Notes: generated by a model not told the origin, from the sequence alone. DNA of 64,000 nt from an uncultured Gammaproteobacteria bacterium (GCA_964535515.1 CAZHTA010000001.1:49707-113706), one strand, 5' to 3'. Numbered from the stretch's first letter, positions 29,249-38,310 are shown. Numbers and translations are program-made.

Positions 29249-31876
29249 ATGTTTAAATTTAAACACCTTCTTAGCCACGCCACGAAATTAGCCAAAGAAC
29301 CAATCGACCTGTCTGATAACCTAGAAGACATTGTTTTTTTGTCTAAATTAAAAAGTAATGAATTAATCAAAAAATTTAAAACCTCTAGCACGCACGGTCT
29401 AACAAATTTTGAAACAAAAAAACGCCTACTACTATACGGAAAAAACGAAGCCATCAAAGAACAAACACCGTCCTGGCCAATAGTGCTATTAAAAAACTTC
29501 AACGACCCACTAAGCTTGCTGTTAGTCGCTTTGATTATCATTTCTGTTGTGACACGTGACTACAAAGCAGTTGTAATGATTTCCGTAATGGTGGTCTTGA
29601 GTGTTATCTTGCGCTTCTTCCAGGAGATAAAAGCCGACAAAGCAGCACAGAAATTAAGAGCGATGGTCCACACCACTATCCACGTTATTCGCAATTCTAA
29701 ACCAAAGGAAGTGCCTTTGGCAGAATTAGTACCGGGAGATATTATCCACCTTTCTTCTGGCGATATGATACCGGCCGATGTAATCTTACTTTCATCTAAA
29801 GACCTATTCGTTAATCAAGCCACTCTTACCAGTGAGTCTCTGCCTGCAGAAAAACATGCCGAACCGTTAAAAAAAGACTGTGATAATTGTTTGGATATAG
29901 AGAACGTCTGCTTCTTGGGCACTAACGTCGAAAGTGGTACTGCTATCGCCCTAGTAGCTGCTACCGGGCGCCACACCTACATTGGTGCAATGGCCAAGAA
30001 TTTAACTAACAACGAACCGCCTACTAGTTTTGATATTGGTATCAAAAAATTTACTTGGTTGATAATGACCTTTATCTTAATAATGGTGCCAGCAGTTTTC
30101 TTAATCAATGGCCTTTCTAAACACGACTGGGTCGAGGCATTGATCTTCGCTCTGGCGGTCGCCGTCGGATTAGCACCAGAAATGCTGCCAATGATCGTCG
30201 CCGTTAACCTCTCTAAGGGGGCAATGGGCATGTCAAAAAAGAAAGTAATTGTTAAACATCTTAACTCCGTTCAAAATTTTGGTGCCATGGAAATATTATG
30301 TACTGATAAAACTGGCACTCTAACTGAAGGTTATGTCATCTTAGAAAAATATTTAAATATTGAGGGCATCGAAGACAAAACAGTATTAGAGTATTCTTAC
30401 TTAAACAGTTTCTTTCAGACCGGCCTTAATAACCTAATGGACACTGCTATACTCAAACACCATGAGGTAGAAAAAGAATTAAATGTAAAAAAAGGATACA
30501 AGAAAATCGACGAAATACCATTTGATTTTTCTCGACGTCGGATGTCGGTGGTAGTTGAAACTCCTGATGGCGAACACATATTGATTTGCAAAGGCGCCAC
30601 CGAAGAAATTATTAGTGCTTCCAAGAAAGTGAAAATAAACGGCAAAGAACAAGACCTCAAAAAGGTACAAGATAAAATAAAAGAAAACATTGAAAACGAA
30701 CTTAACGCTGATGGCTTCCGAGTCGTGGCCGTTGCCTATAAAAAAATATCTGATAACAAAAAAAGATATTCTGCCGCTGATGAAAATGATTTGGTGTTAC
30801 TTGGCTTTCTCGCATTTCTTGACCCACCCAAAGCTAGTGCCAAAGAAGCGATTGCTGAATTAGAAAGAAATGGCATTGAAATCAAAGTACTTACTGGAGA
30901 CAATGAAATAGTTACTAAAAAAATCTGCTCCGAAGTTGGACTAGATGCCACACGGATCATCTTAGGACATGAAATAGAAAAATTCTCTGAAACCGAACTA
31001 ACTGAGGCCGTACAAAAATATCAGATTTTTGCCAAACTCACACCATTACATAAAGAAAAAATAGTCCGTGCCTTGCGTGCCAGCGGCAAAGCCGTTGGTT
31101 TCATGGGAGATGGAATTAATGATGCCCCTGCCCTACGTGCCGCTGATATTGGTATCTCAGTAGATAGTGCTGCTGATATTGCCAAGGAATCATCCGACAT
31201 CATCCTCCTAGAAAAAAGTCTGATGGTTTTAAAAGACGGTGTAATTGAAGGCAGAAAAATATTTGGCAATGTTGTTAAATATATTGAAATGGCCGCCAGC
31301 TCCAATTTTGGTAATATGTTTAGCGTCGTTGGTGCCAGTATTTTCCTACCCTTTTTACCGATGTTACCAATACAAATTTTAACCAATAATCTTCTTTACG
31401 ATGTCTCACAAACATCGATTCCGACCGATCAAGTAGATGAGGAATACTTAACCAAACCAAGAAAATGGAACATTGATCATATTAAAAAGTTTATCCTTTT
31501 TATTGGCCCAATTAGTTCGTTATTTGACTTTGCCACCTACTTCATCATGCTCTATGTATTTAACGCTTGGGTTAACCCAGCGATGTTCCATACCGGCTGG
31601 TTTATCGAATCACTTGCTTCGCAAACTTTAATTATCTATGTTATCCGTACTAACAAAATTCCCTTCTTACAAAGTTGGCCATCGAAGGCCCTGCTCTTTA
31701 CTACTTTAGCAATTGTTGGATTAGCAATATATCTACCATATTCTCCGCTCGCTTCCACACTTAAATTCGTTCCTCTTCCTGGACTATATTGGTGGTTGCT
31801 AGCCGCCATGCTGCTAGTTTACTTTGCACTGACTCAAACGATAAAAATGTGGTTTATAAAAAAATACAAAGATTAA
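29249..31876 (+). CDS. mgtA: Magnesium-translocating P-type ATPase
   Basis: PEMLP, CTDKTGTLT, IPFDFSRRRMS, GDGIND, ASSNFGN, TGWFIES. Confidence 0.93.
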   Translation: MFKFKHLLSHATKLAKEPIDLSDNLEDIVFLSKLKSNELIKKFKTSSTHGLTNFETKKRLLLYGKNEAIKEQTPSWPIVLLKNFNDPLSLLLVALIIISVVTRDYKAVVMISVMVVLSVILRFFQEIKADKAAQKLRAMVHTTIHVIRNSKPKEVPLAELVPGDIIHLSSGDMIPADVILLSSKDLFVNQATLTSESLPAEKHAEPLKKDCDNCLDIENVCFLGTNVESGTAIALVAATGRHTYIGAMAKNLTNNEPPTSFDIGIKKFTWLIMTFILIMVPAVFLINGLSKHDWVEALIFALAVAVGLAPEMLPMIVAVNLSKGAMGMSKKKVIVKHLNSVQNFGAMEILCTDKTGTLTEGYVILEKYLNIEGIEDKTVLEYSYLNSFFQTGLNNLMDTAILKHHEVEKELNVKKGYKKIDEIPFDFSRRRMSVVVETPDGEHILICKGATEEIISASKKVKINGKEQDLKKVQDKIKENIENELNADGFRVVAVAYKKISDNKKRYSAADENDLVLLGFLAFLDPPKASAKEAIAELERNGIEIKVLTGDNEIVTKKICSEVGLDATRIILGHEIEKFSETELTEAVQKYQIFAKLTPLHKEKIVRALRASGKAVGFMGDGINDAPALRAADIGISVDSAADIAKESSDIILLEKSLMVLKDGVIEGRKIFGNVVKYIEMAASSNFGNMFSVVGASIFLPFLPMLPIQILTNNLLYDVSQTSIPTDQVDEEYLTKPRKWNIDHIKKFILFIGPISSLFDFATYFIMLYVFNAWVNPAMFHTGWFIESLASQTLIIYVIRTNKIPFLQSWPSKALLFTTLAIVGLAIYLPYSPLASTLKFVPLPGLYWWLLAAMLLVYFALTQTIKMWFIKKYKD

Positions 31877-31951
31877 AACAAAACATCCAGGAACTAACCT
31901 GGATGTTTTGTTTTAGAATTCCTTGGCAAAGAATATTAGAAGCACCTTAAA

Positions 31952-32677
31952 TTACTCCACTGAATCCCAAATTATCTGAAAAACAACTTTAAACACATCT
32001 ACCATTGCCGGCACAGCGAGGACCACGGCAAGACAAGACATCTCTGGGCTAACGATCAATATCTTATCATCAAAAATATCAATAGTACTATTAAAACGAT
32101 ACTTCGACGGTAAATATTTAAACTCGCGCAACAATTCTTTTTGAGTCGGATTTAAGCCCTTAGAATCATTAGAAAGCAACAACCTAGTCTTGATGTTCGC
32201 ACTTCCTCGCTTCACACGAAAATCACGAAAAAAATCAGGTTCAATTCCCTCCCAAGCATTAGAGTTACCAATTATGCTATAACTACGATTTTTGTATTCA
32301 CCCAGAACCCCTCGATAAAACTTCTTTAACTCATTAACCGTCTCAATCAACCGGATACCAGAAACTTGTATTTGCTTTTTCCCAAAAGACTCCAAAGCAG
32401 GAATAATTTGAGTAAAACTTTCTAATTTGTTCTCAAAATATTCTGCGACTCTCTGTGGTTTTTCTGCATAAAACAATTGCTTATTTTTACGATAATACAT
32501 CGTCGCAAAACCTTTATTCGCAAGAGATTTTAACAAGGCGTATACGGTCGTACGCTTCATCCCAGTCTCTTTAGCCACAATACTAGCAACCGAACCTCCA
32601 ATCTTAAGCATGGCAAGATAAATTGCTGACTCTTCTTTGGATAAACCAAGTTCTTCTAACGCTTTTTCATTTTTCAT
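31952..32677 (-). CDS. TrmB-family HTH transcriptional regulator
   Basis: LEELGLSKEESAIYLAML...KRTTVYALLKSL.NKG. Confidence 0.85.
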   Translation of the reverse strand: MKNEKALEELGLSKEESAIYLAMLKIGGSVASIVAKETGMKRTTVYALLKSLANKGFATMYYRKNKQLFYAEKPQRVAEYFENKLESFTQIIPALESFGKKQIQVSGIRLIETVNELKKFYRGVLGEYKNRSYSIIGNSNAWEGIEPDFFRDFRVKRGSANIKTRLLLSNDSKGLNPTQKELLREFKYLPSKYRFNSTIDIFDDKILIVSPEMSCLAVVLAVPAMVDVFKVVFQIIWDSVE

Positions 32678-32842
32678 ATGTTGTCAAAATTATTAGACAC
32701 TTTTTATAGATACCGATATATTATCATACCTTAGCTAAATCTGTCAAGATATTAGTCATAGAAGCTTGACAATAACATGATTTTATAGTACAATTACTCG
32801 TTTTATAGTATAATAACACATAAATATTGACCTAACAAATAT

Positions 32843-34189
32843 ATGCCAAATATTAATCCGCGAGACCTATTTCGAGCAAAAATTCTAGATTATCCAGTAA
32901 ATACCACAAAAAAACACAAAACATCCTACGTAAACCTAGATAACGCCGCTACCACACCCCCATTTGCGGTAGTTGAAAAACATGTTGTCAGTTATTTGAC
33001 CAGCTATGGTTCAGTACACCGTGGTTCTGGCACTAAATCCCAGATTTCTACTGACGTTTATGAGGAAAGTCGCGAAGTGATCAAAAAATTCGTCAACGCC
33101 CCAAAAGATGACTATGTCCTCTTTACTGGAAATACCACCGGCGCTGCCAACACATTGGCATATTTCTTTTCTTTCTTAGCCGGCAAAGTAGCAGTGTCTA
33201 GTATTGAGCACAGCTCCTCTTGGCTACCTTGGATAAAAGCTGAGGGCATTACCACATTTGGCGCCAAACAAATGGACATCGAAATGATGGACAAGCTTAA
33301 TGAAAAAATTCAAAAACTCGGTCGTGCCCAAGTACTACAATATGATGTTGACGATCATTTTGAATTCAACTTAGCAGCCATTGAAAAATTACTAAAAGAA
33401 AATAAAATTAAAGCATTAGTGGTAACTGCATCATCCAACTTAACCGGCTACTGCCCAGATATCAAAGCGATTGGTCAGCTAGCACACAAATACAACGCCT
33501 ACTTCATCGTAGATGCCTGCCAATATCTACAACACCACCACGTTGATATGCGCTCGATGGAAATCGACTTTCTTATGGCTTCCGGCCACAAATTTTACGC
33601 TCCGTACGGTGGCGGTTTTCTCATCGGACCTAAATATTTCTTCGATAATTTCTTGCCATACCAGATCGGTGGCGGAAATTTACCGTATATTACCGAAGAA
33701 GGAGAATTCTTGCGCTACCGCAACCAACTAGCGCACGACCCAGGCACCCCAAATGCAGTCGGAGCAATCTCAATGGCGTGCGCTTTGCAAGAACTGACCA
33801 AAATTGGGCTCGATAACGTCTACACGTATGAACACAGATTGGCAAAGTTGGCTTTTGACTACCTCAAGACCAACCACAAAGTAGACCTATACATAACGGA
33901 GAAACATTTAAACACTATAATTCCGTTTAATATAAAAGGGGCAACATCCAAAGTAGTAGCCGGACGACTAAATGATGAATTTGGCATCGGCGTACGCGCT
34001 GGCAGCTTCTGCGTCTACCATGCAATCCGTAAATTGCTTAAGCGCACTGACGATAAACAAATCGCTAACTATGTCCGCAGAGGATACACTGATACTATGC
34101 CACAAATTATTCGTGCTTCATTCGCCCTTTGCAACACAGAAGTTGATGTTAAAAGATTCATCGAGGCGATTAAAGAAATAACAAAGTAG
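32843..34189 (+). CDS. Class V PLP aminotransferase / cysteine desulfurase-like
   Basis: YVNLDNAATTPP, EHSS, VDACQ, SGHKFYAPYG (PLP Lys), GTPN, VRAGSFC. Confidence 0.9.
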   Translation: MPNINPRDLFRAKILDYPVNTTKKHKTSYVNLDNAATTPPFAVVEKHVVSYLTSYGSVHRGSGTKSQISTDVYEESREVIKKFVNAPKDDYVLFTGNTTGAANTLAYFFSFLAGKVAVSSIEHSSSWLPWIKAEGITTFGAKQMDIEMMDKLNEKIQKLGRAQVLQYDVDDHFEFNLAAIEKLLKENKIKALVVTASSNLTGYCPDIKAIGQLAHKYNAYFIVDACQYLQHHHVDMRSMEIDFLMASGHKFYAPYGGGFLIGPKYFFDNFLPYQIGGGNLPYITEEGEFLRYRNQLAHDPGTPNAVGAISMACALQELTKIGLDNVYTYEHRLAKLAFDYLKTNHKVDLYITEKHLNTIIPFNIKGATSKVVAGRLNDEFGIGVRAGSFCVYHAIRKLLKRTDDKQIANYVRRGYTDTMPQIIRASFALCNTEVDVKRFIEAIKEITK

Positions 34190-34190
34190 T

Positions 34191-34895
34191 ATGAAAATAG
34201 CCAAAACGACCAACGTCAACCCGACTGACTTAAACTACGATCACTACACACGCAGTCAATATGACCGAGACATTGTAAATGCAATCCCTTTTCACAAAGA
34301 GATTCACTTACAACTCGCTGATTATATCACCAAACACTTTGCCTCTAATTGTGCAGCGGAAATAATCGATTTAGGCACTGGCACTGCTCTTACGAGTGCT
34401 GTCATTCGATCAATTTTACCACAAGCCCATTTTGACTTAATAGATTTTTCCAAACAGATGCTTAGTGGTGCAAAGAAAAAAATGGGTACAAAAAATATCC
34501 GCTATATTTTAGCTGATTTTGCCACACTAAAATTTGATAAAAAATATGACATCGCAGTTACTGTGATCGGTTTACACCATCAAACTGTCAGCGGCACTAA
34601 AAAATTATTCAAAAAAATTTACCACAATCTAAAACCAGGAGGTATATTAATCATCGGTGATTTAGTAACATACACAGACAAAAACAAAGCCGCCCTGAAC
34701 AATGCCTTACACTACAAACATCTCGTAGACAAAGCCACAAACGAAAAAGTGCTAACTGAATGGGCACACCACCATATGTATCTAAACGATCTCAAACCGT
34801 TAGAAGATCAAATTCATTGGATGAAAGACGTTGGATTCAAAATAGTATGGCAATTTAACAAATGGAACACGGCGTTGATTATTGGGAAAAAATAA
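34191..34895 (+). CDS. Class I SAM-dependent methyltransferase (CmoA-like)
   Basis: DLGTGT, IDFSKQML, LHH, LKPGG. Confidence 0.85.
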   Translation: MKIAKTTNVNPTDLNYDHYTRSQYDRDIVNAIPFHKEIHLQLADYITKHFASNCAAEIIDLGTGTALTSAVIRSILPQAHFDLIDFSKQMLSGAKKKMGTKNIRYILADFATLKFDKKYDIAVTVIGLHHQTVSGTKKLFKKIYHNLKPGGILIIGDLVTYTDKNKAALNNALHYKHLVDKATNEKVLTEWAHHHMYLNDLKPLEDQIHWMKDVGFKIVWQFNKWNTALIIGKK

Positions 34896-34932
34896 ACAAA
34901 AAACCCGACCGAAAGGTTGGGTTTTTTGTTTG

Positions 34933-35004
34933 AGCGGGTAACGGGAGTCGAACCCGTATCTCGTCCTTGGCAAGGACGCATAATAGCCGCTATACTATAC
35001 CCGC
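34933..35004 (-). tRNA. tRNA-Gly (GCC)
   Basis: GCGGGTA acceptor, CGTCC-TTGCCAA-GGACG, GGTTCGACTCC. Confidence 0.95.
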
Positions 35005-35060
35005 GGACATATTTGACGACTTATAATATATATTTTTTGAGCAAAAATGTCAAGTCCTAA

Positions 35061-35549
35061 CTATTTGATATCTATTGATTTTTTTAATACCTTTTCTCCT
35101 TTTTTCCAAAACCAGCTTATCTCCCCTGCCAACAAACCTTTTAGAGTTGGGAATAACAATATATTCAAAAAGAACAAGGTAATGATAATAATGGCATCGT
35201 AACTCTGACGTACCCAATAATCGTCTCTTAACATCACCCACATACCAAATTCATCAAAAGTCAGTCCTAACCCAAAACCATATATGAGTGCTGACCAGCG
35301 TAATTGATGTGAATCTGATTTAGGTTGTTTAATTAAAAGATAAAAACCTATTACCACCAAAATCACTACTCCATAAATAAAATGATGAATATGCACCCCC
35401 TTAACAGTAAGAAAAAAATCTGGCATCAAATGACCTAAAACCAAATATACTACCAAACGTGCTGCCACAAAGGTCAAAAGGAAAGAAAAGGTAACTAGCG
35501 CTACCAATCGACGAGAAGACAAAGGTACTATTTTATTTAAATCATCCAT
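35061..35549 (-). CDS. Hypothetical membrane protein with HIHH motif
   Basis: Start trimmed to ATG 35549 because the longer ORF overlaps a tRNA; GVHIHHFIYG...GLTFDEF...SYDA. Confidence 0.75.
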   Translation of the reverse strand: MDDLNKIVPLSSRRLVALVTFSFLLTFVAARLVVYLVLGHLMPDFFLTVKGVHIHHFIYGVVILVVIGFYLLIKQPKSDSHQLRWSALIYGFGLGLTFDEFGMWVMLRDDYWVRQSYDAIIIITLFFLNILLFPTLKGLLAGEISWFWKKGEKVLKKSIDIK

Positions 35550-35550
35550 G

Positions 35551-35622
35551 AGCGGGTAACGGGAGTCGAACCCGTGTCGCCAGTTTGGAAAACTGGAATA
35601 ATAGCCGTTATACGACACCCGC
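35551..35622 (-). tRNA. tRNA-Gly (TCC)
   Basis: GCGGGTG acceptor, CCAGT-TTTCCAA-ACTGG, GGTTCGACTCC. Confidence 0.95.
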
Positions 35623-35759
35623 AAAAACGCTAGTATTATATATCATTTACCCCAAAAGTCAACACTCCTGTTGATAATTTCCTTGACTGAAACTACTAAG
35701 ATATTTTAAAATATTAGGTGTTGGTTACCAATAGCTAACAAAAACATATTAACTTAAAT

Positions 35760-35921
35760 ATGATTTTAAATAACAGTAATTTAGGGGGTAATGATGATTG
35801 GCAACTTTTAGATGACGAAAATACCGACGACGAAGACGGTGACGGTAAAGATGGATTAAAAAAAGAAAACTGGGGTGACGCGCTAGAAGACGGAGATGAT
35901 GACGACGATTTTAATAATTAA
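35760..35921 (+). CDS. Putative 53-aa very acidic microprotein
   Basis: MILNNSNLGGNDDWQLLDDENTDDEDGDGKDGLKKENWGDALEDGDDDDDFNN*; TTGACT..TAAAAT promoter upstream, terminator 35931-35971 downstream. Confidence 0.6.
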   Translation: MILNNSNLGGNDDWQLLDDENTDDEDGDGKDGLKKENWGDALEDGDDDDDFNN

Positions 35922-35930
35922 AAACAAAGG

Positions 35931-35971
35931 AAATAAAAAACCACCATACTTAAAACGGTGGTTTTTTATTT
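35931..35971. terminator. Bidirectional intrinsic terminator
   Basis: AAATAAAAAACCACC-loop-GGTGGTTTTTTATTT. Confidence 0.75.
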
Positions 35972-36059
35972 CCTTTGTCGACAAAGTGAAGTGCCGGAGA
36001 GAATGCCGGCTCACTATCACCTCTATTGAATAGCCGAGGGACAGGCCAAGAAAGAACTA

Positions 36060-37373
36060 CTACTCCTTTTCCAAAATTTGAAACCAGGGAAGGATCGAGC
36101 GGTCCGTACGGTGATAAGGACCACGTGCCGGAAGGGTAAAGGAGGGGTTGTTGGCAAGCAACCGATACGTCTCCGGATCAACACGCCGCACTGCCGTGCC
36201 TTCGTCATACTCCTTCTTCACTACCGTACCAGCCGAATACTCATTAAGCAGTATTACTGGCAAAGCAGAAATCGGATGATGCCTGTGCACTTGCGGCATG
36301 ATTTCTTCGAACAGAAGCTGGGAGTGATTAGCCAACAACTCCGACAACACACGCAAGACTTCACGCGTGATGATCGGGCCCATGGCCAAGCAATGCTTCC
36401 CGACGAATTCGGTGACACGCGACTGAAGAACTCCCGAGCTAAACGATCCGATCGCCTTGAGCAAGTTCCAGAGCCAGGCGGTAGTATGGCGATGGCTACC
36501 GTCCGTATTGCACCCATACTCATTCACCACGATAGGAGCAAACCCGTTCTTGTACAAGCTCTGGAGCTCTTGGATAATACGCGCCGGCACCACCAGCTCA
36601 GTTGCCTTGATGGAAGCGAGCCCGACTTCTCCAACCTCAATCCACATGCCGCGATAAACACCCCGACTATGAATATTGAGATTGTAAGAATACTGTCGAT
36701 AACTCGCTGCTGCCTCCAACTCAAAAGCTACGCTCAACCCGCAATTCTCTTTACCAACAACTGACATAGTGTTCTCTGCCCACAAAAGCGTATCGCGATT
36801 GTAGACCATCCTACCGTGTTGGTCCCAAGCCTGACGCACCAACGACAGAACTTTGGCTACGCCATCATCGTGCGCCTGGTGCAGATTGCGCCGCAGCTCT
36901 TCAACATACGCCTGCCAACCAACATCACTCCGCGGCAGCGTTTGAACGACGACGGGACTCAAGACAAAGATGTCCGGCTCTGCCACACCCGACCAATCCC
37001 ACGACGGCAGCTTACGCTCTGCCACGGTCGTTACTGGCTGATGATTCCCAACAACCGGAATCCCCGCGAACTTCGAAAGCTCCTGGAAGCGACTCCATTC
37101 CAAAGCGCCGGCATTAATCTGACAACTACCGCCCGGACCAGGCAAGGTATGCCCGGGAAAGCGCGTCAGACACTGTACCCCCGGCATCACGAGCGCCGTC
37201 CCAACTCGGGAAGAAATGAACTCGCACTCACACCCACTAATCGGATCCGCGAACAGATCATTCTCCTGCTTGATCTGTTTCACGCCCTTCTGCTGTTGAT
37301 ACTGTCCCACGTCTGGCTCCCGAAAGCGACACGACGACTTGAATCCGGGCAAGAGCAACGCACCCTCTCGCAT
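36060..37373 (-). CDS. Hypothetical 437-aa protein with ParB/Srx-like (SerK/SbnI-like) catalytic motif
   Basis: RBS AGGAGGAGG before ATG 37373; SIKATE...FAPIVVNEYGCNTDGSHRH resembles the ParB/Srx 'PI.V...DG.HR' signature. Confidence 0.6.
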   Translation of the reverse strand: MREGALLLPGFKSSCRFREPDVGQYQQQKGVKQIKQENDLFADPISGCECEFISSRVGTALVMPGVQCLTRFPGHTLPGPGGSCQINAGALEWSRFQELSKFAGIPVVGNHQPVTTVAERKLPSWDWSGVAEPDIFVLSPVVVQTLPRSDVGWQAYVEELRRNLHQAHDDGVAKVLSLVRQAWDQHGRMVYNRDTLLWAENTMSVVGKENCGLSVAFELEAAASYRQYSYNLNIHSRGVYRGMWIEVGEVGLASIKATELVVPARIIQELQSLYKNGFAPIVVNEYGCNTDGSHRHTTAWLWNLLKAIGSFSSGVLQSRVTEFVGKHCLAMGPIITREVLRVLSELLANHSQLLFEEIMPQVHRHHPISALPVILLNEYSAGTVVKKEYDEGTAVRRVDPETYRLLANNPSFTLPARGPYHRTDRSILPWFQILEKE

Positions 37374-37397
37374 GTTCCCTCCTCCTGCTTTTTTAAA

Positions 37398-37490
37398 CAA
37401 AAACACCCGCCAGCCTTGGCGAGTATTTTGTTCAAAAACTAATACCACTACCAAGCAACCGGCCCTGTCCCGGTGGTAGTAGCGGTAGTC
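37398..37490 (-). promoter_or_regulatory. Thr-codon attenuator 2 (Thr tract in the upstream CDS tail plus terminator/antiterminator)
   Basis: ACT ACC GCT ACT ACC ACC GGG ACA; GCTACTACCA pairs with TGGTAGTGGT; terminator AAAATACTCGCCA-AGGC-TGGCGGGTGTTTTTG. Confidence 0.7.
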
Positions 37491-38203
37491 AATTTTTGAA
37501 TTTCATTTACTATTTTTTCAAAACCAATAATTTTTAATTTATTCATCTCATCAACTGATAACAAAAAATTTAAAGTTGGTAATAATGATGGTACAGAAAC
37601 AAAATATTTTGACTCCTTAAATACTTTTTCTCGTTGTACAACTCCGCCAAAACCAACAAAAATACCCACTTCACTTGCCGCTTCCCAGTCAGCCACACTA
37701 TCACCCACCAACGCTAATCTTCCACCTTTTTGTTTTTCTTGCTGTAACACTTTTGTTTTACCGCAATCCTGAGCCAGCAACGAACTAGTATTAAAATTAG
37801 AAAAATTTTCATCCCCATCAAAAAATATCTCATTGGCGATAATACTGCTCTCGTCTAACCCAAGCTTTTTCGCCACCGGTAAAATCATTGGGTGAAAATT
37901 AGCTGACAAAATATATACCTGCTTATCTAAAGCACACAATATTTTTATTACCTCTACTGCTCCATCTACCAACAAACCAACACACTCCTGTGCCACAAGA
38001 TCGAGATCGTTTTTTGTCGGAGCAATCAACTGCATTTTTTCTATAAAAATATCAGCAAAAGCCACTTCGCCATCCATCGAACGTTTCGTCATAACAGCAA
38101 CTTTTTCTCCCACCCCCCGGCGCGAACCTAACAAATCCAAACTTTCCGCTTTAATCAAAGTGCTATCAAAATCAAAATATATTTTATTGATTGTTTCATT
38201 CAT
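37448..38203 (-). CDS. HAD-IB phosphoserine-phosphatase-like hydrolase with Thr-rich C-terminal tail
   Basis: FDFDSTL motif I, ESLD, T..SM.G, GK, GDSVAD, FVGFGGVVQRE (PSP-like); tail KLTTATTTGTGPVAW. Confidence 0.85.
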   Translation of the reverse strand: MNETINKIYFDFDSTLIKAESLDLLGSRRGVGEKVAVMTKRSMDGEVAFADIFIEKMQLIAPTKNDLDLVAQECVGLLVDGAVEVIKILCALDKQVYILSANFHPMILPVAKKLGLDESSIIANEIFFDGDENFSNFNTSSLLAQDCGKTKVLQQEKQKGGRLALVGDSVADWEAASEVGIFVGFGGVVQREKVFKESKYFVSVPSLLPTLNFLLSVDEMNKLKIIGFEKIVNEIQKLTTATTTGTGPVAW

Positions 38204-38230
38204 AAAAAAACGACCCTCCTTTGAGGGTCG
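38204..38230 (-). terminator. Attenuator 1 terminator hairpin abutting the start codon
   Basis: CGACCCTC-AAAG-GAGGGTCG-TTTTTTT directly followed by ATG 38203. Confidence 0.85.
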
Positions 38231-38262
38231 CAGTTAATGTTTGATCTAACAAAACTACCGCC

Positions 38263-38310
38263 TCAAAGAGAGAGCTGAACGGTGGTAGTAGTTGTAGAAA
38301 TATTTTTCAT
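38263..38310 (-). CDS. ThrL-like attenuation leader peptide MKNISTTTTTVQLSL
   Basis: 15-aa ORF with 5 consecutive Thr codons, followed by antiterminator/terminator; begins like E. coli ThrL (MKRISTTITTT). Confidence 0.85.
   Translation of the reverse strand: MKNISTTTTTVQLSL

Noticed and set aside
34931-35577. Identical tRNA-Gly 3' ends as attL/attR of an integrated element
   Set aside because: Both are complete tRNAs with different anticodons and no integrase is present
35550-35624. N-terminal extension of the 187-aa ORF
   Set aside because: It runs through tRNA-Gly(TCC); start moved to 35549
37374-37454. TTG start at 37454 for the 464-aa ORF
   Set aside because: The extension crosses the attenuator terminator; the strong RBS precedes ATG 37373
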